DNA from: an uncultured Desulfobacteraceae bacterium
GTDB taxonomy: Bacteria > Desulfobacterota > DSM-4660 > Desulfatiglandales > HGW-15
Direction of reading: 5' to 3'
NCBI GenBank assembly: GCA_964418945.1
Contig: CAYQNR010000001.1
Span: forward strand, 13,414-77,413
DNA: 64,000 nt
Part shown: positions 58,006 to 64,000 of the stretch, piece after piece
Numbering within the stretch: the stretch's first letter is position 1
Layout: each line of letters begins with the position of its first letter
Notes under the pieces: model-generated
Told to the model about the DNA's origin: nothing
Databases searched by the model: none
Seen by the model: only the letters and a program-made list of their open reading frames with translations
Translations under genes and position numbers: made by a program

Positions 58006-58317
58006 TTAGATCCTGCTAAAAAATTCCTGCAATTCTTTAATAAACGATACCTTTGCGTCCAAAGATGCGTCCTCATTAAAAATAAATTCTAATAGAAAAA
58101 TCGTTTTGTAATTAACTGCCGATGTTTCATATTTCTGTAAAGAGGTAACTCTAAAATCTTTTACTTTTTCGTATTCCTCTCTATTAAACAGATCGGATTT
58201 TCTTAGAATAAGATTAATCGCCTCTTTTGCATTATCAGGATTCTCCAGTACTATTTCAATACCATCTAATTTCTTCAGGGCCTTTATGATCTTTTCGCTT
58301 TCGACTTTTATTTTCAT
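58006..58317 (-). CDS. Hypothetical protein (103 aa) in AT-rich patch
   Basis: Clean ORF that is K/E-rich. No family recognised. Confidence 0.35.
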   Translation of the reverse strand: MKIKVESEKIIKALKKLDGIEIVLENPDNAKEAINLILRKSDLFNREEYEKVKDFRVTSLQKYETSAVNYKTIFLLEFIFNEDASLDAKVSFIKELQEFFSRI

Positions 58318-58493
58318 TTTTCTACTCTCTTAAAATGTTTTTTATTTTGTCCCTTAGGCATAACCTCAAAAATCCAAAACACTAATTATGACTGACAGCG
58401 ATAGTTGTAACATATATATTATAGAGTTTCTTCATTTTAACGGAAAAAGCGGGTTGGCTTAGTTATTCAATAGATGAAGGTGTCTGAATCTCA

Positions 58494-58700
58494 CTATTTC
58501 ACTGTTCCGGATATATTGGCGATTAGCTCGGCTGCAGCCCCGCTTCTCCAAAGATACAAACCTACACCTAGGGTTACTAACGCCATGATGTAGAAAAATC
58601 TATTCTCACCAATATCTGCGGTAAATAGTTTTTTTAAAAAATACAACATTAACAATACTATTATTCCAGTGATTATATTAACGGTGTTAATATAGTTCAT
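58494..58700 (-). CDS. Small two-TM membrane protein (68 aa)
   Basis: Two hydrophobic helices and AGGAG-like sequence upstream. No family recognised. Confidence 0.35.
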   Translation of the reverse strand: MNYINTVNIITGIIVLLMLYFLKKLFTADIGENRFFYIMALVTLGVGLYLWRSGAAAELIANISGTVK

Positions 58701-59008
58701 GAATTACTCCTTTTGTTGAAAAATCACTTTCTCCTAAGAATTAAGTGAACATTAGCCCTAGCCTGGAGGTTGGTTCCAAAACGACTTTCCATTATGCTCA
58801 TCAGGCAATTTTGGAACCAATATCTCCCATTATGAATAGTTTATATCAAATTTCCAAGAAAATTATACTATCCAAGTGACAGCCGTCGTTCAAAGATACT
58901 GGTTTGTTGTCGAGATTAAACTACCTGGAATACGGCAGGGAATGGTTGCTTGACTTGAGGCAAATTCAGTGTATTATTTAAACACAAAAATTTTCAAGGA
59001 GGGAGACC

Positions 59009-60247
59009 ATGGACTACTGGAAGAACTATCTGGGCGTCTTTTTGAAGGAAGAAGATGTCGAAATGGCCAAGACGATGCGTGCTTTTGTAGAAAAAGAGAT
59101 CATGCCGGTGCGGCATCAGATTGACGATGACAAGGACCACACGTTGATCACCAAAATCTTGCAGGGGTTGACCAATATAGGCATGCAAAAGGCGCCCTTC
59201 CCGCCGGAGTACGGGGGCATGGGGGCTTCATCGGTGGTCACCAGTACTGTGTTGCACGAGGAACTCTCCCGGGGAGACAGCGGTATTTGTACCGCATTCA
59301 ATGTCACGGCCTGGGCATGGTTTCCAGCTATCCTAGGCGGCAACAAGGCAGTGCTGGACGCCTTTGCTACCATGTTCTGTGGCAACCAGCTTAAGCTGGG
59401 CTGTTTCGCCATGACCGAGCCAGGTGGAGCCCATGGCGGTGGTGGCTGCGACATTGAAAATCCCACCATGCACGGGAAGAAGATCAGGACCATTGCCAAA
59501 CTCGACGGGGACGAATGGGTCATCAACGGACAGAAGATGTGGACATCCAACAGCGGGGTGGCGGATATGTATTGCGTCGTGTGCACCACCGATCCGGAGC
59601 AGGGGGACGAGGGCATTGCCTTGATCTATGTCCCGGCGGATACCAAGGGCCTCTCCTTCGGTAAGTGGGAACAGAAGGCGGGGATGGAGGCCGACGTGAA
59701 TTGCGCCATGTATCTTGAGGACGTGAGGGTCCCCAAGGAGTACCGGGCGGTAGGTCCGGGGAAGGATGCGGAACTGCTGCACTTTAATGTGATGCTGGCG
59801 AGGATCGTCACCGCGGCCTCAGGGTTGGGAAATGCCCAGGCGACTTTTGAGACGGTGCTGAAGTATACCGGCGAAAGGATCGTGGCGGATAAGCCCATCA
59901 GGGACCACTCCATTGCCGCGGGGATACTGGCGGATATGGCCATTGGGATAGATACGGCAAGGAACTCGTATCTGATGGCTGCCTATATGGTAGATCATCC
60001 CGAAATATACGGCCCCCCCACATCAAATTTTATCCTTTCCAAGGCCAGCATCGCCAAAGTCCACGCAGGCGATGTAATCGTGATGGTGACGAACAAGGCC
60101 ATGGAGCTTATGGGCTCATACGGCTATGTCAGGGATTACGACGTAGAGAAGTATTGGCGTGATTGCAAGATCGTACAGCTCTGGGAGGGCGGAGGACAAC
60201 TGGGCAGATTCGACGTCTGCCGTGGCTATTACGATTGTAAACTTTAA
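59009..60247 (+). CDS. Acyl-CoA dehydrogenase family protein
   Basis: AGGAGGGAG RBS and the ACAD fold (MTEPGGAHGGGG, W.SN, LWEGGGQ). 412 aa. Confidence 0.8.
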   Translation: MDYWKNYLGVFLKEEDVEMAKTMRAFVEKEIMPVRHQIDDDKDHTLITKILQGLTNIGMQKAPFPPEYGGMGASSVVTSTVLHEELSRGDSGICTAFNVTAWAWFPAILGGNKAVLDAFATMFCGNQLKLGCFAMTEPGGAHGGGGCDIENPTMHGKKIRTIAKLDGDEWVINGQKMWTSNSGVADMYCVVCTTDPEQGDEGIALIYVPADTKGLSFGKWEQKAGMEADVNCAMYLEDVRVPKEYRAVGPGKDAELLHFNVMLARIVTAASGLGNAQATFETVLKYTGERIVADKPIRDHSIAAGILADMAIGIDTARNSYLMAAYMVDHPEIYGPPTSNFILSKASIAKVHAGDVIVMVTNKAMELMGSYGYVRDYDVEKYWRDCKIVQLWEGGGQLGRFDVCRGYYDCKL

Positions 60248-60272
60248 CAACCGGTGATAAAGGAGGAACAAG

Positions 60273-60731
60273 ATGTCTCAATTCGATAGAAGCTATTTTG
60301 TCACGGAACCGCTTCGGGAAGTAGCTGTTCCCGGTATCGACCTGGTAAAGGGTAGGACCTATCCTACCTTGACCTATATGGGCAGAGACCTGGTGCCGGC
60401 AGCCAACGATTATTTGGAATTCGGCTGGATCTGGGAAATGCCCGATCCCAATCCCCACATATTTGAGCATGTTCATCCTAAATACGATGAGATCATCATG
60501 CACATCGGCTCCGATCCTCACAACCCCGAGGACCTCGGCGCGGAGATTGAATATGTGGTGGGGGGAGAAACGCTGATCATCAATAAGACATCGTCCATTC
60601 TTGTACCCAAGGGGGTAAGGCACGGCCCCTTGACCTGGAAGAGCTTTAAGAGACCTCACATTCAGATGACCATCATGCTGGGGGCAGGCACCCTTGCGGA
60701 AGCGGCCCCTGCCGATCACACGGTCAAATAA
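60273..60731 (+). CDS. Hypothetical protein, possibly cupin-like (152 aa)
   Basis: AAGGAGGA RBS and co-directional with the ACAD gene. His-rich segment HIFEHVHPKYDEIIMHIG...GVRHGP suggests a cupin metal site, but weakly. Confidence 0.4.
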   Translation: MSQFDRSYFVTEPLREVAVPGIDLVKGRTYPTLTYMGRDLVPAANDYLEFGWIWEMPDPNPHIFEHVHPKYDEIIMHIGSDPHNPEDLGAEIEYVVGGETLIINKTSSILVPKGVRHGPLTWKSFKRPHIQMTIMLGAGTLAEAAPADHTVK

Positions 60732-60992
60732 CCATCACCCGGGGGCAGGTACCCGTGGGGAAACGACCCTTGGGGGAGTAAAGAGAAAAAATAGGGGCGA
60801 TGTTGTTCGTCGCAATGATGTATTGTTTACGGATCTGCAACTGAGCACTGACTTGTTAGAATCATGGATAATAGAGGGGGCATGCCTGGCGTCCTACCCG
60901 CCCCCGTATTGAGCTCATGGGGATACCGCTGCAAAAAGCCTTCATTTGTGGAGAGATGAACAGTCGAAAATATGGGGGTCGCGTCTGTACTC

Positions 60993-61067
60993 CTGACAAA
61001 TTCCGTATTAATCATCTATCTACAAGTAGTACTAAATTAAGATACGTGAAGAATGGAGACCTGACCC
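60993..61067 (+). promoter_or_regulatory. Conserved promoter/operator-like block, copy 1
   Basis: About 75 nt, with roughly 80% identity to 63872-63946. It reads CTGACA-N18-TATCTA and then the shared block CAAGTAGTACTAAAT...CGTGAAGAATG. Confidence 0.45.
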
Positions 61068-61278
61068 GAATATTTTCGTTGGAAACCTGAACCGAAACCA
61101 AATTGAAGTTATTTAAGCCTCTACTCAAAACTGGCATCAGCTGCGGATGAAGGGGTGATTATCAGGCATCATTAATATGGAATAGGAAGGTGGATACTCA
61201 GCCTGTCCGCGAGTGATCTGAGTTATACCTTTACAGCGATAGCAGTACCATACCAATAAAACTGATAAGGAGGCAAAA

Positions 61279-62049
61279 ATGGGAAGGATGGAAGGCAAAG
61301 TGGCTATTGTGACTGGTGGTGCTTTGGGGATTGGTCGTGCCACTTCTCTACTGTTAGCAAAAGAAGGGGCAGCAGTCGCAGTGACCGATATTTCTGATAA
61401 TGAAGGAAGCGAGGTCGTGTCGGAGATCCAAGGTCACGGTGGTGTGGCTCAGTATTGGCATGTCGACGTAACCGATGAAAAAGAAATACGGCAAGCCTTT
61501 CCTGAGATTTATAAGAAGTTTGGGAGAATTGATGTTCTCGTCAACAATGCAGGGATCCATGGCGTGAACAAACCCACTCATGAGGTAACTGAAAAGGAAT
61601 GGGACGAAGTCATGGCGGTGAACGTCAAAGGTGTTTTCCTGTGTACCAAACATGCGGTTCCTTATATGAAGGAGGGGGGTGGGGGAAGCATCATCCACTT
61701 GTCGTCCAATTATGGTATTGTAGGTGCCGCGGATAGCCCTCCATACCATGCTTCCAAAGGTGCTGTACGTTTGATGGCCAAGACTGATGCCATGTTCTAC
61801 GCGAAGGATAAAATCAGGGTAAACTCCGTTCACCCTGCCTTCGTTTGGACTCCAATGCTTGAGTCTGTATCAAAGACTTATTCCGATGGTGTTGAGGCTT
61901 TCAAAGAACGTATCATTGGCCGTCTCCCCATAGGTCATTTTGGTGAGCCGGATGATATCGCTTTCGGTATTCTCTACCTCGCGTCTGATGAATCGAAGTT
62001 TGTCACAGGCAGTGAGCTGGTCATAGATGGGGGATATATAGCTCAGTGA
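61279..62049 (+). CDS. Short-chain dehydrogenase/reductase (classical SDR)
   Basis: TGGALGIG, NNAG and the catalytic Y...K (PPYHASK). 256 aa. Confidence 0.88.
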   Translation: MGRMEGKVAIVTGGALGIGRATSLLLAKEGAAVAVTDISDNEGSEVVSEIQGHGGVAQYWHVDVTDEKEIRQAFPEIYKKFGRIDVLVNNAGIHGVNKPTHEVTEKEWDEVMAVNVKGVFLCTKHAVPYMKEGGGGSIIHLSSNYGIVGAADSPPYHASKGAVRLMAKTDAMFYAKDKIRVNSVHPAFVWTPMLESVSKTYSDGVEAFKERIIGRLPIGHFGEPDDIAFGILYLASDESKFVTGSELVIDGGYIAQ

Positions 62050-62087
62050 CGGTCACAAGGTATAATTGGATAGTTGGCAGGGAAAAA

Positions 62088-62120
62088 GGGTCACCCTTTA
62101 AAGGGTGACCCCATTATTTT
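62088..62120. terminator. Bidirectional Rho-independent terminator between convergent genes
   Basis: Perfect 9-bp stem GGGTCACCC/GGGTGACCC with a TTTAAA loop. An A-run lies upstream and CATTATTTT downstream. Confidence 0.7.
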
Positions 62121-63468
62121 AAGAGTAAACCCCATACTCACGCGCCGCCTCAATAAGGGCACGCACGTTTTCCTCTTTCGCCACATCAATATCTGCCCCG
62201 GGCGCAAGGAAATAGCCACCATCCTGCCCAACGGTGTCAATCAGGTTCTTGCAGTAGTCCTTGATCTGTTGCGGTGTCGAGGCCAGGAGCATCGAAGTAG
62301 GAACGTTGCCACCAAAGCAACCCCAGCCACCGAATTTCTTCTTGACTGCTAACATGTCAGTTTTGTCGAACATCCAAAAAGTTTTACCTGCCGGCAGACC
62401 TGATTCGGCGATCATGTCCAAACGCGTATTGTATCGGCCTTCTACAAACGCGGCAGCAACGATGCCTTCGTTCATCAAGCCCTCCATAACCTGCTTAAAG
62501 TGGGGCCAGTAGAATTTCCTGAATTGTGCATCCGACATGAAGGTATCGTCACCTTTGTGCAAAACTCCCATTACGATCGGGATACCACTCATGTTGGCAC
62601 CTTCAATTCCTAACTGGATGGAAATTGGTACCAGGCGTTCGCATGCAGCCAAAAGCTTATCGGGCTGACGGTATACATCCAGCATGATACCTCTCGTGCC
62701 ACGCATTGTGTCTCCGATGATATCATAGGGTACTTTCCAAAAGCCCCCCATCGTGGCCGGTATCCCCAAATTGCCTACCACTTCCTCGTTGATCTTAGCT
62801 ACTGTGCTCATAAACTGAGCAGCAATTTGACCAGCCTCCAAGAATGCCTCGAATGCTTCCCGAACAGGAGGCGCAGCAACCGCGCCCGCCAGTGCCGTTA
62901 CAATAGGGAATTCCATCGCGTTATAAAAGTTTGGCAGCATCCGCCAGCCTTCCAGTGCCTTGAATGCGCGCGGCATATAGGTCCTCATGAAGTACCCTTC
63001 CGGGTCTGCGATCAGTTGATCGTATTCATCTGCCTTCATATATTCGGCGTCCACCATTTGGTAGCTCTTCGAAGTCATAGGCAGGCCATCGCCGGGCCAG
63101 CGATAGGTTTTCATACCCAGCCGTTCGTACATCTTTCCGGGCGCAATCATCACCATACTGTAATCCGGTTGGAAGTCCCGGTGGAACTTAATAATGGCCT
63201 TCTCCGCTTTAGCAGGATCATAGAAAAAATCCCCGTAGTTAATACCACTATATTCCGCCATGTATGCATCGATCATAGGCATACAAGGGACGCGATCAGG
63301 CTTCTTCAGTTGGATAATATCCTTTATCCGCTGAACGCGTTGCCTATAGCCCTTCTCCGCCTCACCGGTCGCGAATTTTGCGCCCGCTCCTGATAGCCAA
63401 TGCTCAAAGCGAGCTTCCATCTTCTCATCCGGCGAGAGTGAATTCCAATTTTCAGGATAAATGAACAT
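62119..63468 (-). CDS. Uroporphyrinogen decarboxylase (URO-D)-like family protein
   Basis: 449 aa. The N-terminal region and overall pattern resemble URO-D/MtaA-like TIM-barrel proteins. The assignment is tentative. Confidence 0.4.
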   Translation of the reverse strand: MFIYPENWNSLSPDEKMEARFEHWLSGAGAKFATGEAEKGYRQRVQRIKDIIQLKKPDRVPCMPMIDAYMAEYSGINYGDFFYDPAKAEKAIIKFHRDFQPDYSMVMIAPGKMYERLGMKTYRWPGDGLPMTSKSYQMVDAEYMKADEYDQLIADPEGYFMRTYMPRAFKALEGWRMLPNFYNAMEFPIVTALAGAVAAPPVREAFEAFLEAGQIAAQFMSTVAKINEEVVGNLGIPATMGGFWKVPYDIIGDTMRGTRGIMLDVYRQPDKLLAACERLVPISIQLGIEGANMSGIPIVMGVLHKGDDTFMSDAQFRKFYWPHFKQVMEGLMNEGIVAAAFVEGRYNTRLDMIAESGLPAGKTFWMFDKTDMLAVKKKFGGWGCFGGNVPTSMLLASTPQQIKDYCKNLIDTVGQDGGYFLAPGADIDVAKEENVRALIEAAREYGVYS

Positions 63469-63871
63469 GATTTTAACCCCCTATCCAATGTTTTACAATT
63501 GAGAGGTCTCAGGTGCGCTCTCACGCAAAACAGCCTCCTCCAAAATCACGAGCGGGCCTTTATCTGAGCCTAGCCTGTTTTCAACCGCAGAGCCCGCTCA
63601 GGAAAAACTGTGACAATAACTTAAACCTGGCCTAACAAGTTAACGGCCCATAGCTAACATTTGTTGGGTGAGGTAAGGTGAGGAGATGAGAGCTCCCTTT
63701 TTTGGGGCCTAAGTATAGGTGATTTGGTCCTGCGTGTCAATGATAAAGTCGACGCATGATGTGGTAATCCTCCATTTTGCCTGGAAATCAGATTGATGAG
63801 TGGAGGGCATTCAGAGGTGGGGAAGGTACATCTGGGGCCATATCTTTGTGAAAAGGATGACAGTTTCACTC

Positions 63872-63946
63872 TTGACAGATTTCAGATTAATGATTTATCT
63901 ACAAGTAGTACTAAATAAAAATGCGTGAAGAATGAAGATCTGAGCC
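63872..63946 (+). promoter_or_regulatory. Conserved promoter/operator-like block, copy 2
   Basis: TTGACA-N18-TATCTA plus the same downstream block as 60993-61067. It points toward sequence beyond the window end. Confidence 0.45.
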
Positions 63947-64000
63947 TCCCTTTTTCCATAGGAGGAAATCGGCAATTTGGCCTTCATGTAACTCTTTGAT

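Noticed and set aside
61131-61146. Sigma-54-like sequence CTGGCATCAGCTGCGG upstream of the SDR gene, and a similar GGCAGGGAATGGTTGC near 58945
   Set aside because: The GG-to-GC spacing is off by 2 nt relative to the TGGCAC-N5-TTGC consensus in both cases.

Overview
The window appears to be chromosomal DNA from a Gram-negative anaerobe. Gene content (metV-metF, hyp maturation genes, ferredoxin-nitroreductase fusion, acyl-CoA dehydrogenases, Mla and LPS genes) suggests Deltaproteobacteria/Desulfobacterota, but that is inference only. About 58 protein genes are supported. They include envelope and LPS functions (kdsD, lpxC, lpxK, waaA, a GT9 heptosyltransferase, mlaEFDCA, mltA, ldcA, slp) and housekeeping genes (thrC, rlmH, ftsH, folP, coaX, glyS). 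There is also a metV-metF pair fused to an orphan hydrogenase-maturation cluster (protease-hypABF/CDE), an ECF sigma module, a GNAT/ADP-forming acyl-CoA synthetase fusion, a Ski2-like helicase, and a small acyl-CoA dehydrogenase/SDR/URO-D-like accessory patch at the 3' end. I saw no rRNA, tRNA or CRISPR array. The unusual content is non-coding. A dense family of TIR-bounded miniature elements occurs 8 times in 64 kb, always intergenic, and acts as a nested landing pad for up to three further self-complementary modules. Filled and empty site pairs for the nested insertions are both visible inside this window. One ~210-bp inner module carries substitutions that preserve its long stem mainly through G-U pairs in one sense, which fits a structured RNA or single-stranded intermediate. 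A Y1/HUH (IS200/RAYT-like) transposase gene with a DnaA-C-like HTH tail sits between perfect 22-bp inverted repeats whose outer 14 nt resemble the termini of that inner module. All of this comes from manual reading; no searches or folding programs were run.
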